NCBI GenBank assembly: GCA_963762565.1
Contig: CAVXLD010000012.1
Coordinates: 256,001-320,000 of the forward strand
DNA: 64,000 bases
Reading direction: 5' to 3'
Source of the DNA: an uncultured Verrucomicrobiae bacterium
GTDB taxonomy: Bacteria; Verrucomicrobiota; Verrucomicrobiia; Chthoniobacterales; JAFAMB01
The position numbers were made by a program, and so were the translations under genes. The notes under the pieces are model-generated. The model worked only from the letters and a program-made list of their open reading frames with translations. It searched no databases and was not told where the DNA came from. The first letter of the stretch is position 1. Each line of letters begins with the position of its first letter. Below, piece after piece: positions 50,152 to 60,596 of this stretch.

Positions 50152-52152
50152 ATGGCTCGCTTCTTCGATCTTAACCCCCAGCAACAAGCGGCGGTAAAGT
50201 GTACAGAGGGACCACTTCTCGTACTGGCCGGGGCCGGGACCGGTAAGACCCGGGTGATCACGATGCGGATCGCCTACCTGCTGCATCAGGGAGCGTCGCC
50301 CGATAGTATCTTGGCGGTGACGTTTACTAACAAAGCCGCTAACGAGATGCGAGGCCGGGTCGCTCAGTTAGTGGATAAGGCCGAAGCGAAGAAGATCACA
50401 GTTTGTACTTTCCACTCACTTTGTGTTCGCGTCTTGCGCCAGGATATTGAGCGGCTGGGCTACAAATCTAACTTCGCCATTTATGATGAAGGCGATCAGC
50501 TGGGATTGATTCGCAAGATCATCGCCCGGATCTCAGCCAAGAACGAAAAGTTGGATCCTAATCTGGCCAAGAATTTAATTAGCCGAGCCAAGAACGAACA
50601 TTGGAAAATCAAAGAACCCGGGGGTGAATCCAGTTTGCCGGCAGCGGTGTTCCATCGTTATCAGGAAGATTTGAAAGCCGCTAATGCGGTTGATTTCGAC
50701 GATCTCTTGATCTTAACCGTCGGCCTTTTCGAACAGCATTCGGACGTCGCCCAGAAATGGCAAAACCGGTTTCTTTACGTCATGGTAGACGAATTCCAGG
50801 ATACCAACCGGCTGCAGCTCGAACTGATTCTTTATCTGGGAGCAAACCATCGAAACGTCTGTGTCGTTGGTGATGACGATCAGAGCATTTACGGTTGGCG
50901 TGGCGCCGAAGTAGCCAATATTTTGGAGTTCGAACATCACTTCCCAAATCCGGAAATTGTAAAGCTCGAACAAAATTATCGAAGCACGACCGCGATCCTG
51001 GGTGCTGCTAACAGTATTATCCGGCATAACCCCGGACGGCGTCCAAAATCGCTCTGGAGCCAGAACGGTGAAGGCGAAAAAGTGACCGTGATCGAAGTCC
51101 CGGACGATCACGAAGAAGCAAGTTTTGTGATATCCGAGATTCAGAAACGGCAACAGATTGGCAATCTGACTTGGAACCGGTTTGCCGTCATTTTCCGGAT
51201 GAACACTCAATCCCGGTTGCTGGAAGAAAATCTCCGCCGGCTCCGTATTCCCTATCGCATCATCGGTGGGCGCAGTTTCTTCGAGCGTCGCGAAATAAAA
51301 GATATCCTGGCTTATCTTTCCTGTTTAGCTAATCCAAACGATGATCTTAACTTATTGCGAATTGTTAATACTCCGACTCGGGGAATTGGTAGTTCCACCA
51401 TTGAACTTGCGGTAGCCGAAAGTAATCAGCACAAAACCAGTGTCTATGAGACCTTGCGGTCGCCGGCATTCTTGGATCTGTTAAGCTCACGGACCAAGGC
51501 AGCGGTAGAGAAGTTCAGCGAACTACTCGATCGCTATGAAACGGAACTGCTTCAACCGTTAGCTAACTTGAGCGCAGTCGTCGATAAACTTTTATGGGAG
51601 ATCGACTATTCCGGGGAGCTCAGACGAAGTTGTAAAACACCGGACGAGGTTTTGAACCGGGAAGAGAATGTGCGCGAGTTAGTTCGAACACTGGGCGATT
51701 TCCAGAGCCGATCGACGGATGGTTTAACGGGTTTCTTAGCGGAGGTGACGTTAGATCAGGATCGGGAGGAAAAATCGGAGAACGATCATGACGGCGTGAC
51801 GCTGATCACCTTTCATGCGGCCAAAGGGCTGGAGTTTCCGCATGTGTTTCTGGTCGGGATTGAGGAAGGCATCTTGCCACATGACCGCTCGAAGGTGGAC
51901 GGCCAGCTAGACGAAGAACGCCGCCTATTCTATGTCGGGATCACCCGCGCAATGGAGTCCTTAACTATCACTCATTGCACCGGCCGAATGAAATACGGGA
52001 GCGCAAGTCCTTGTCACCCAAGTAGTTTCCTGAAAGACCTGGATCCTGCGTGCGTGGAAATTGTTAGTTATCACGTCATCGCGAACCAGCCCGCCAGTGA
52101 AGTAACGGCGCGCACCCATTTCGCCAAGATGCGCGAACTTCTAGGGCAATAG
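50152..52152 (+). CDS. UvrD/PcrA/Rep helicase
   Basis: AGAGTGKT, VDEFQDTN and EERRLFYVGITRA motifs. Confidence 0.96.
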   Translation: MARFFDLNPQQQAAVKCTEGPLLVLAGAGTGKTRVITMRIAYLLHQGASPDSILAVTFTNKAANEMRGRVAQLVDKAEAKKITVCTFHSLCVRVLRQDIERLGYKSNFAIYDEGDQLGLIRKIIARISAKNEKLDPNLAKNLISRAKNEHWKIKEPGGESSLPAAVFHRYQEDLKAANAVDFDDLLILTVGLFEQHSDVAQKWQNRFLYVMVDEFQDTNRLQLELILYLGANHRNVCVVGDDDQSIYGWRGAEVANILEFEHHFPNPEIVKLEQNYRSTTAILGAANSIIRHNPGRRPKSLWSQNGEGEKVTVIEVPDDHEEASFVISEIQKRQQIGNLTWNRFAVIFRMNTQSRLLEENLRRLRIPYRIIGGRSFFERREIKDILAYLSCLANPNDDLNLLRIVNTPTRGIGSSTIELAVAESNQHKTSVYETLRSPAFLDLLSSRTKAAVEKFSELLDRYETELLQPLANLSAVVDKLLWEIDYSGELRRSCKTPDEVLNREENVRELVRTLGDFQSRSTDGLTGFLAEVTLDQDREEKSENDHDGVTLITFHAAKGLEFPHVFLVGIEEGILPHDRSKVDGQLDEERRLFYVGITRAMESLTITHCTGRMKYGSASPCHPSSFLKDLDPACVEIVSYHVIANQPASEVTARTHFAKMRELLGQ

Positions 52153-52303
52153 GGAATCTCGCGACAGGCGGAGTCTCGGCAATGGATCCGGCAGAGAGAT
52201 TACCTTTGTCCCGGAGGGACTGAATGATAGACCGAGGGCGGCTGCGCCGGCTTCCAGCGCAGCGACTCCTAGCTTCTAGATTGTGGCTCCTAGCTCCTAA
52301 TCC

Positions 52304-53017
52304 TCACGCCATCGCTTTCTTGTACCGGTCGCCGACGTAGTCCCAGTTCACTACGCTCCAGAATGCTTCAATATATTGAGGACGCCGGTTTTGATGTTTC
52401 AGGTAATAGGAATGTTCCCAAACATCGAGTCCGAGCAACGGCACCTGATGTTTAGATATCGGGCTATCCTGATTCGGGGTAGAAGTGATCTCGAGCTCTT
52501 TTCCGTTTAAGACCAGCCAGCCCCAGCCACTGCCAAAGACGCGGACGCTCGCTTCAGAGAATTTCTTTTTGAATTCGTCGTAACTGGAAAATGTCTTATC
52601 AATAGCAGCTCCAAGATCGCCATTAGGTTTGCCGCCTTCGTTCTTTTTCAGCATCAACCAAAAGAGCGAGTGATTGTAATGACCGCCGGCATTGTTCCGC
52701 ACAACAGTACGGATGTGTTCTGGGAGTTGGTCCAGCCCGGTCAATAATTCTTCGAGAGTCAATTTTTGAAATTTTGGATCAGCTCCTGCGAGCGCTTTGT
52801 TCAGGTTTTCGACGTAGGCAGCATGATGTTTGTCATGATGGATCTGCATGGTTTCGGTGTCGATATGCGGTTCGAGGGCGTCGTATGGGTAGCCGAGGTC
52901 CGGCAACTTATAAGGATAAGTGAGTTTCTCCTCATTTTCTGCTTGGATTAATGAGGGAGCCAGAGTGAGCGCGCCCGCGGTGAGGGCGACAGTCTTAATT
53001 GCTTCGCGACGGGTCAT
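52304..53017 (-). CDS. Fe/Mn superoxide dismutase with Tat signal
   Basis: HHDKHH and DVWEHSYY motifs. N-terminal TRREAIK twin-arginine signal. Confidence 0.95.
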   Translation of the reverse strand: MTRREAIKTVALTAGALTLAPSLIQAENEEKLTYPYKLPDLGYPYDALEPHIDTETMQIHHDKHHAAYVENLNKALAGADPKFQKLTLEELLTGLDQLPEHIRTVVRNNAGGHYNHSLFWLMLKKNEGGKPNGDLGAAIDKTFSSYDEFKKKFSEASVRVFGSGWGWLVLNGKELEITSTPNQDSPISKHQVPLLGLDVWEHSYYLKHQNRRPQYIEAFWSVVNWDYVGDRYKKAMA

Positions 53018-53288
53018 AATGGGGTAGCATAGCGAAGGGGCGTGTGGGCGAAAGGGCTATATAGGCGAAACGGCGTGTCGGCGAAACGGCGAGAGGGCGA
53101 CAGGGCCGCGGCAGATGGATAGGCGCGGCAGAAGCCTAGTCGGCAAGTACGGCAAATAGCTACCCAGCGCGTCTCGAGGTATCGCCGTTTCGCCCGTTCG
53201 CCCTATCGCCGTTTCGGACTTCCCGCCTCCTCCCCGATCTCCCCTTGTCATCAGAGGGTGTCGCTCCTATACTCTCGGGCTGTTTTTT

Positions 53289-55091
53289 ATGAAAACTACT
53301 ACTACATCCAAGACGGCCAAACTCCATCCTGGCCCCGAACGGGGCGAAACGATGAACGGCGCCGAGATCCTCGTCGCTAGTCTGGAGCGGGCAGGGGTAG
53401 ATGTAATTTTCGCTTATCCGGGGGGCGCCAGTATGCCGATTCACCAGGCGTTAACCCGGTCAAAGAAGATTCGCACGATTCTTCCCCGGCATGAACAAGG
53501 AGGCGTTTTCGCCGCCGGCGGTTATGGCCGGGCAACCGGGCGAGCCGGCGTTTGTATGGCGACTTCGGGCCCCGGGGCCACCAATCTCGTGACCGGTATC
53601 GCGGATGCTTATATGGACTCGATCCCGCTGGTGGCGATCACGGGTCAAGTTCCCCAGGAAATGATCGGACGCGGCGCCTTCCAGGAGACCGACTTTTTCG
53701 GAATGACACTGCCGGTCGTGAAACACAGCTACCTGGTGATGGATATTCATGAGATCCCCAGGGTGGTGAAAGAAGCATTCTACATCGCGGAGACTGGACG
53801 GCCGGGGCCAGTGGTGATTGACGTTCCGAAGAATATCCAGAACCAGACCGCACAGCCTATTTTCCCAGCCGATTTGACGTTGCGCGGGTACGATCTGCCT
53901 CCACAAGCAGATCTGGTGGCTTTGAATGAAGTGATCGGACTGATTAAGTCTGCGCATCGTCCCATGATTTATGCCGGGGGCGGCATCATCTCTTCGCACG
54001 CAGCCGCTGAACTCTTGGAATTCGCAGAGCGGACCCAGATCCCGGTTGCGACCACTTTAATGGGAATCGGCGGATTTCCTGAGAATCATCCGTTGTCCCT
54101 GAAATGGTTAGGAATGCACGGGACCGTGTATGCCAACTGTGCCGTCAACGAATCGGATCTGTTGCTGGCTTTAGGTGTACGGTTCGATGACCGCGTCACC
54201 GGCAAGGTCGAAAAATTCGCCGAGCACGGGACTATCGTGCACATCGATATCGACTTCTCAGAGCTGAACAAGAACAAGGTGGTCCGGCTGCCGATCCATA
54301 GCGATATCAAATACGCATTAACGGAGCTGAACCGATTGTTGGCGGAGGGCGGGTATGAGCGGCATTCGAACAAGTTCACCTTGCACGGAAAATGGTTCGA
54401 CCAAGTGCAACAGTGGAAAGCGCGTTACCCGCTTGATTTCCAGGATACAGAAGACCTGATCCAGCCTCAGTACGTGGTGAGTCTCTTGAACGAGATGACT
54501 AAGGGTGACGCGATCATTACCACTGGCGTGGGGCAACATCAGATGTGGGCTGGACAATATTATCAGTTCAGCGAACCGAGACAGTTTCTGACGTCCGCCG
54601 GGTTGGGAGCAATGGGTTTTGGGTTCCCGGCTGCTCTAGGCGCTAAGGTGGCGCATCCGGACCGGCAAGTGATCGATATTGATGGCGATGGATCGTTCTT
54701 GATGAATGTCCAGGAGTTAGCCTGTGCTCACATCGAAGGGATCGCCGCGAAAGTGATCATCCTAAATAACCAACACCTAGGGATGGTGGTGCAATGGGAG
54801 GATCGATTCTACAACAGTAACCGGGGCCATACATTCCTGGGTGACCCGCGTGACCGGGAACGGATTTATCCGGACTATGTGCAGCTATGCAGTGGTTTCG
54901 GAGTTCCCTGCGAGCGCGTTCTGCAAAAGAAAGATCTGCGGGCAGCGTTGCAACGGATGTTGGATTCGAAAGAGTGTTACGTGCTCGACGTCATGGTGCC
55001 TTACACCGAGCACGTGCTCCCGATGATCCCGGCCGGTAAGACCTATCGCGACATTATCATCGACGAGCGCCAAGGGAAATTCGAAGGATAG
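53289..55091 (+). CDS. ilvB: Acetolactate synthase large subunit
   Basis: YPGGA, RHEQ, GDGSF and NN motifs. Confidence 0.96.
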   Translation: MKTTTTSKTAKLHPGPERGETMNGAEILVASLERAGVDVIFAYPGGASMPIHQALTRSKKIRTILPRHEQGGVFAAGGYGRATGRAGVCMATSGPGATNLVTGIADAYMDSIPLVAITGQVPQEMIGRGAFQETDFFGMTLPVVKHSYLVMDIHEIPRVVKEAFYIAETGRPGPVVIDVPKNIQNQTAQPIFPADLTLRGYDLPPQADLVALNEVIGLIKSAHRPMIYAGGGIISSHAAAELLEFAERTQIPVATTLMGIGGFPENHPLSLKWLGMHGTVYANCAVNESDLLLALGVRFDDRVTGKVEKFAEHGTIVHIDIDFSELNKNKVVRLPIHSDIKYALTELNRLLAEGGYERHSNKFTLHGKWFDQVQQWKARYPLDFQDTEDLIQPQYVVSLLNEMTKGDAIITTGVGQHQMWAGQYYQFSEPRQFLTSAGLGAMGFGFPAALGAKVAHPDRQVIDIDGDGSFLMNVQELACAHIEGIAAKVIILNNQHLGMVVQWEDRFYNSNRGHTFLGDPRDRERIYPDYVQLCSGFGVPCERVLQKKDLRAALQRMLDSKECYVLDVMVPYTEHVLPMIPAGKTYRDIIIDERQGKFEG

Positions 55092-55154
55092 CCTTCGAAT
55101 TTCCGAAGTGATTGGTGATGGGTGACAGGTGATTGTTGGGGATGGGTTGCAGCA

Positions 55155-55436
55155 TTGGTGGGGCGAGGCTCCTGAATCGCCTGAAATGGTTCGCAAGGCG
55201 GATATGCATACCCTAGACCGACGAGTTTTTTTGTGCCTAAACGCTGCCGAGCTGTTCCCAGCGCTTGCCGACAGAGTCATCTGTAGCCCCATCGACTTTC
55301 CCATCGAAGGAGACGGGTAGCGCTGAGCAGTGGCGTACACCGCTCGGCGGTTTTGAGTTGTAAAAACGCGAAGTTTCAACGTCCGCTAATCTCCCTTGTT
55401 CGAGCCTTTAGGCCTGCCGGAGCCTCGCCCCACCAA
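55155..55436. repeat. REP/REPIN-like family A element
   Basis: Arms at 55155-55172 and 55419-55436. Confidence 0.85.
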
Positions 55437-55449
55437 CGGAGCCCAGCGC

Positions 55450-55602
55450 TCACCAATCACCAATCACCAATCACCAATCACCAATCACCAATCACCAATC
55501 ACCTCTCACCAATCACCTCTCACCTCTCACCTCTCACCTCTCACCTCTCACCTCTCACCTCTCACCTCTCACCTCTCACCTCTCACCTCTCACCTCTCAC
55601 CT
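55450..55602. repeat. Heptamer tandem array (TCACCAA/TCACCTC), about 22 units
   Basis: TCACCAA x7, TCACCTC, TCACCAA, TCACCTC x12, then a partial unit. Confidence 0.95.
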
Positions 55603-55644
55603 TCAGGGTTGTAGGGGCTGCAATTGCGGTTTAAGTCAAGCGCG

Positions 55645-57096
55645 ATGGAAGAGAACGAGCTTTTGGCGGTGCGCCGCCAAAAACTGGAACAGTTGATCGA
55701 AAAGAACCTGGCACCGTTTGGGGGGCGCTTTGATGTCTCCGGGACGATAGAAGAGATCCGGCGAGGATTTGTCGAGGGCCGGAAAGTGGCATTAGCCGGC
55801 CGGATCACGGCTCATCGGAACATGGGTAAGAGCCAGTTCTTGGACCTGAGCGATCTGACCGGGCGTTTGCAACTCTATTTGAACCTCAAAGAGTTGCCTC
55901 CTGAGCAGGCCGAATTGTTCGGGCTCGTCGATATCGGAGATTTTTTAGGTGTTACCGGGGAAACGTTTGTGACCAAGACCGGTGAACCAACGGTTCGCGC
56001 GGAATCGTTGCGACTCTTGTCTAAGACGCTGCGACCGCTGCCCGATAAGTGGCATGGAGTAACCGATGTGGAGATCCGGTATCGCCAACGTTATCTCGAT
56101 CTGATCGCGAACCCGGAATCGCGTCGGGTATTCTTGATCCGGAGCCAAGTCCTCCGCGAGATCAGGCAGTTCTTTTACGACCGCGGCTTTATCGAGGTGG
56201 AAACGCCGATGATGCAGACGGTGGCTGGCGGCGCTGCAGCGCAGCCGTTCCAGACTCATCACAACGCACTGGGAGTCGATCTTTTTCTGCGGATCGCGCC
56301 GGAGCTTTATCTAAAGAGGCTGTTGGTCGGCGGTTTTCCCAAGGTTTTCGAGTTGAACCGAAACTTTCGGAACGAAGGAATTTCGCGGCGCCATAACCCG
56401 GAGTTCACCATGCTGGAAGCTTATTGGGCTTATGCAGACTTTGGGTTGATTGCAGAGCTCGTGGAAGATTTGATCTGCCATCTAGCCGAGCTGATAACGG
56501 GCGGCCTAAAGATCGAGCACAAGGATTCGGAGGGAAACGTGAGGCGGACTGTTAACCTGGCGCGGCCCTGGCGCCGGGCGCGATATCATGATTTGATCCG
56601 GGAAATCGATCAGAACTGGTTCGATCTCACCATTGACCAAAAACGCCGTCGTTGTCAGGAGCTAGGGGTTGAAATCTCACCGGCAATGGCAGAATTCGAA
56701 ATCACTCAGCAGGTGTTCGAAAAATTAGTGGAAGAGAAGACGATCGACCCAGTGTTCGTCACACATCTGCCGGCTGAATTGGTGCCATTAGCAAAACAGA
56801 ACCCGGCGGACTCGAGCCTGGTGGATGTTTATGAGCTGATCATTAACGGACAAGAATTCTCGCCTGGCTATTCGGAGTTGAATGACCCAATTACTCAACG
56901 ACAGAGATTAGTTGAGCAAGCCGGTGAAGAAACCCAAAAGATCGACGAAGAATTTTTGTTGGCGCTGGAGTATGGGATGCCGCCTGCTGGCGGGTTCGGT
57001 TTAGGCATTGATCGTTTAGTAATGCTTTTAGCGGGCGCAGAATCGATTCGGGATGTAATTCTTTTCCCGCATTTGAAACCGAAAACCCGAGAATGA
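55645..57096 (+). CDS. lysS: Lysine--tRNA ligase (class II)
   Basis: YRQRYLDL, FRNEGIS.RHNPEF and GLGIDRL motifs. Confidence 0.97.
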   Translation: MEENELLAVRRQKLEQLIEKNLAPFGGRFDVSGTIEEIRRGFVEGRKVALAGRITAHRNMGKSQFLDLSDLTGRLQLYLNLKELPPEQAELFGLVDIGDFLGVTGETFVTKTGEPTVRAESLRLLSKTLRPLPDKWHGVTDVEIRYRQRYLDLIANPESRRVFLIRSQVLREIRQFFYDRGFIEVETPMMQTVAGGAAAQPFQTHHNALGVDLFLRIAPELYLKRLLVGGFPKVFELNRNFRNEGISRRHNPEFTMLEAYWAYADFGLIAELVEDLICHLAELITGGLKIEHKDSEGNVRRTVNLARPWRRARYHDLIREIDQNWFDLTIDQKRRRCQELGVEISPAMAEFEITQQVFEKLVEEKTIDPVFVTHLPAELVPLAKQNPADSSLVDVYELIINGQEFSPGYSELNDPITQRQRLVEQAGEETQKIDEEFLLALEYGMPPAGGFGLGIDRLVMLLAGAESIRDVILFPHLKPKTRE

Positions 57097-58436
57097 GCGT
57101 CGCGGTTTCGGCTGAGGTCAAAAGGGATACAGCATATGCGCATCAGTTCAGCTTTTATAATCAGCTGAATTTCCAGATCATGTTGGGGACCCCGATGATC
57201 GTGTACGCCAAATCCCTTGGTGCCAGCTCGACCACCATCGGTATTGTTGCGGCTCTGGCCCCTCTGTTAACGGTGCTACAGCTACCCACGGCTTATTTCA
57301 TCCCAAAAGTCGGCTATAAGAAGTTTGTTTTGCTGGGCTGGTTTTCCCGGACGTTGACCGCCTTCAGTCTCGCCCTGCTGCCAGCGCTAACTGCGTTTGA
57401 TAATGCGACGAAGATCAGCCTGATGTTGATGGCCTTGTTCATCTTCAATACCTTGCGAGGGATCTCCACCGGCGCGTGGTTACCTTGGCTAACCTCGTTG
57501 GTTCCGGAGGAACGAAGGGGGCAGTTTCTTCGAAAAGATCAAACCTATGTCCAGGTTGGCGGCCTTCTGGCGATGGTCCTTTCGACTGTTGTGCTATGGA
57601 GCAGCTCTAAACCGTGGCATTTTGGGCTGCTTTTCTTCCTTAGCGCCTGCGCAGCCACGTTGAGTTTCTTCTTTATTCGCTTGGTTCCAGATGTTGAGGT
57701 TGGCGAGCAGGTCCGGACCTCAAGCCAGCCGGTTCCCTGGGCGGCGATGCTGAAATATCCTCCGTTCAAAAAACTACTGATTTTTACAGTGGTCTACAAT
57801 TGGGTGATCGGTGGGCTGGCCGCGTTTGTCGTCGGATTTTTGGAGAATATCGGTGGGTTCAGCGATGGCATGATTCTGGGTTGCAACATGTTCGCGTTTG
57901 TTGGTGCGGCAATTAGTGTCCCGTTAGTTGCCGGTCTTATGGACCGGACCGGGACCAAGCCAATCCTTCGGATCGCCTTAGTTTGTTATTTTTGGGCGGT
58001 AATCTGTTGGCTGCTGATCTCGAGCAATCTGATGGCCACGACTCCGCTGATGGTGGTGTTGATTTACCTAATCTTGGGAGTGGCGGGCGGCCTATTTGGG
58101 ATTGCCAATGTACGAATTGCGATGGACACCATGCCCTTGATGGGCAGAAACCATTTCTTTGCTCTTTTTACAGTGTTTACCTCGATTAGCCTAGGATTAG
58201 CGCCGATTTGCTGGGGGATCTTTTTGGATGCTGTTGGGCACGCCCAGTTCCAGTTGGGGGTGTTCCAAGTGAACCGGTATAGCCTCTACTTCCTGATGCT
58301 GACTGGGCTGGTTGCAGTTACATTTGTTCTGGCTACGCCGCTGGAAGAAAAGAAAGGCGAACCGTTATCCCTCGCACTGCGCGATGCCGTCATCTACGCT
58401 CGGCTCCGTTTATTTAACCGGTTGTTGAACCGATGA
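57093..58436 (+). CDS. MFS transporter
   Basis: About 12 TM helices with LVPEERRG and MDRTGTK loops. Confidence 0.88.
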   Translation: MSVAVSAEVKRDTAYAHQFSFYNQLNFQIMLGTPMIVYAKSLGASSTTIGIVAALAPLLTVLQLPTAYFIPKVGYKKFVLLGWFSRTLTAFSLALLPALTAFDNATKISLMLMALFIFNTLRGISTGAWLPWLTSLVPEERRGQFLRKDQTYVQVGGLLAMVLSTVVLWSSSKPWHFGLLFFLSACAATLSFFFIRLVPDVEVGEQVRTSSQPVPWAAMLKYPPFKKLLIFTVVYNWVIGGLAAFVVGFLENIGGFSDGMILGCNMFAFVGAAISVPLVAGLMDRTGTKPILRIALVCYFWAVICWLLISSNLMATTPLMVVLIYLILGVAGGLFGIANVRIAMDTMPLMGRNHFFALFTVFTSISLGLAPICWGIFLDAVGHAQFQLGVFQVNRYSLYFLMLTGLVAVTFVLATPLEEKKGEPLSLALRDAVIYARLRLFNRLLNR

Positions 58437-58454
58437 TGGAGGCGCTCATCCCTT

Positions 58455-58576
58455 GGGAGGGATCGCGTCCTCGCGATCCGTTGTTACCGAAGCCGAGCAC
58501 GCGTTGTGGTCTCGGACGAAAATACGTCTTTGGATTCTGGCAAGTCCTCGCGGCGCGCGGGGACGCGCGCCCTCCC
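58455..58576. repeat. REP/REPIN-like family C element
   Basis: GGGAGGGATCGCGTCCTCGCG...GGACGCGCGCCCTCCC. Confidence 0.8.
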
Positions 58577-58587
58577 TTCCTTTCAAC

Positions 58588-59904
58588 GTGAAAAAGCCGC
58601 TGCTGCCATTCAGTTATTTTATCGCGCTGCGATATCTTAGACCGAAGAGGACCTTTCTTTCGGTCATCACTCTAATATCGATCATTGGCGTCGTACTCGG
58701 CATTAGCGTTCTGATCATTGTTATTTCGGTGATGACCGGCTTTGAACGTGAGCTGGAACGCAAGGTGATCGGTTTTGATGCGCATATCACGATCAGCCCT
58801 GAGCCGAACACTTTTCTTAGTAACTGGCGAGAAGCCATGAAAGTGGCTGAAAAAGTACCGGGTGTCACCGGCGTAACGCCAACGACTCTGGAACCGGTAA
58901 TCATCGAGTTTAAACAAAGTCGCATGACGGTCCTGGTCCGCGGCCTCGACCCGTCACTGGGAAGCGACAAAGTGATCGACCTCAAATCCGCCGTGGTCGC
59001 AGGGAAATTTGATTTAAACGGCAGCGATAAATGCTTGCTCGGCACTGAGCTGGCCGGTACCCTGGGACTTGAAGTCGGAGACAAGATTACGATCTACTCG
59101 GGTGGTAACCCCAACCACATCATCGATCTGCTGAAACAGGCGCAGGATCACCCCGAAAATAAGGATTCGATCCAGAAAGCGATCGATCTGATTGTGCCGA
59201 CCGAGCTAACGGTAACCGGCATCTTTAGCACCGGCCGGTATCTATACGACTCAAATTATGTGATCGCACCGCTCAACGTCGGGCAGGAGTTATACGGTCT
59301 CGATGACGCGGTCCATTTTGTCCTGGTGAAGACTTCTGACCCTTACAAGGCTGACGGAATCGCGGCTCAACTTAACCGTGAACTGGGCCAACGAGATCCG
59401 CCGTTACATGCCGTTTCTTGGTTGGATCAAAACCGGGATTATCTGGACGCGCTCCGAGTGGAACGCACCACCATGTTCTTCATTCTTACCTTTGTCGTTA
59501 TCGTGGCTGCGTTTGGTATCATGAGTACGCTCATCACGACCACAGTCCAAAAGACCAGGGAGATCGGGGTAATGAAGGCGCTCGGAGCCACCATGGGACA
59601 AATGCTGTGGGCATTTCTTGCCCAGGGCACCTTGGTTGGTTTCTTTGGCACCTTGATTGGGTTGGGTACCGGCATATTTCTGGTGCAATACCGGAACCAG
59701 GTGCGCGATTTTCTTGGGTCTGCTCTTCACATCCATCTGTTCCCGGCCTCGGTCTATCAATTCTCGGAAATTCCAGCGGAGATCGTCCCGCATGATGTCG
59801 CCGTCATCTGTATCAGTGGTTTTCTCATATGCACGGTGGCGGCACTGATCCCGGCGTTCTTTGCGGCCCGACTCGATCCCGTGAAGGCGCTTCGTTTCGA
59901 ATAA
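58588..59904 (+). CDS. Lipoprotein-releasing ABC transporter permease (LolC/E)
   Basis: IALRYL, SVMTGF, KTREIGVMKALGA and AARLDPVKALRFE motifs. Confidence 0.93.
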   Translation: MKKPLLPFSYFIALRYLRPKRTFLSVITLISIIGVVLGISVLIIVISVMTGFERELERKVIGFDAHITISPEPNTFLSNWREAMKVAEKVPGVTGVTPTTLEPVIIEFKQSRMTVLVRGLDPSLGSDKVIDLKSAVVAGKFDLNGSDKCLLGTELAGTLGLEVGDKITIYSGGNPNHIIDLLKQAQDHPENKDSIQKAIDLIVPTELTVTGIFSTGRYLYDSNYVIAPLNVGQELYGLDDAVHFVLVKTSDPYKADGIAAQLNRELGQRDPPLHAVSWLDQNRDYLDALRVERTTMFFILTFVVIVAAFGIMSTLITTTVQKTREIGVMKALGATMGQMLWAFLAQGTLVGFFGTLIGLGTGIFLVQYRNQVRDFLGSALHIHLFPASVYQFSEIPAEIVPHDVAVICISGFLICTVAALIPAFFAARLDPVKALRFE

Positions 59905-60142
59905 AGTTCTGGTGTCAGCCTCTGTCCCTATTTAAAATGCGGGATTTAGTGGTTACTGAGAATTCACCACAGAAACACAGAGAGGAAGCCGAAAACAACC
60001 GCGAATAGACACGAATAAACGCAGATATTCACGGGGTCGCCCTCGAAAATCTATCTGCGTACATCTGCGTTAATCTGCGGTTAGTCTTATCCTTCGTGTT
60101 CTCTGTGTCTCTGTGGTGAAATAAATCGGGGACCCCGCAAGC

Positions 60143-60511
60143 ATGATCGCAGATTGGGAAACGTTCGTCGCGCGGCACACTGGGCGAGCTGAGTTCGATC
60201 TCGGCTTAGTTCAGCCTGGGGACACGCTCCGGGTCGTAACCGATCACACCGATTACGTGTTTGAGATTGTAGAGGGAGCAGAGGCTCAACTCCGGTGTTC
60301 TCGTCCCGATCGTCCCACTGGGCGGGTCCGCATCTCTGGTTGCGGTTTCGCTTTTTCAACGACTTTTAAACCGGGACGATTGTTCTGCGGTGGCCGGCTC
60401 GAATTTACGTTTCTGCGGAATGATATACCGGCTCGGTACCGGACAACGTCGATCAACGCGATCGTTCATAGTCATCGCGGGGAGCGCGACGTGGATTTCG
60501 AACGGTTTTAG
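60143..60511 (+). CDS. Hypothetical protein
   Basis: 122-aa ORF with ATG start filling the gap between repeat blocks. Confidence 0.55.
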   Translation: MIADWETFVARHTGRAEFDLGLVQPGDTLRVVTDHTDYVFEIVEGAEAQLRCSRPDRPTGRVRISGCGFAFSTTFKPGRLFCGGRLEFTFLRNDIPARYRTTSINAIVHSHRGERDVDFERF

Positions 60512-60596
60512 GGAGTGGGAGGGTTTTCTGGGGTGGTTCGGATAGGACTTATGGGACCTATAGGACCAATATGTCTCTCGGTATCCCAACACTCCG

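Noticed and set aside
53289..53350. Thr-rich MKTTTTSKT as an attenuator leader for ilvB
   Set aside because: It is in frame with ilvB with no stop or terminator, so it reads as an N-terminal extension.
55450..55602. Possible CRISPR array
   Set aside because: Contiguous 7-bp units with no unique spacers, and no cas genes in the window.
55353..55634. ORFs with SPITNHQ/SPLTSHL repeats
   Set aside because: Translation of the heptamer array with no sign of a real gene.
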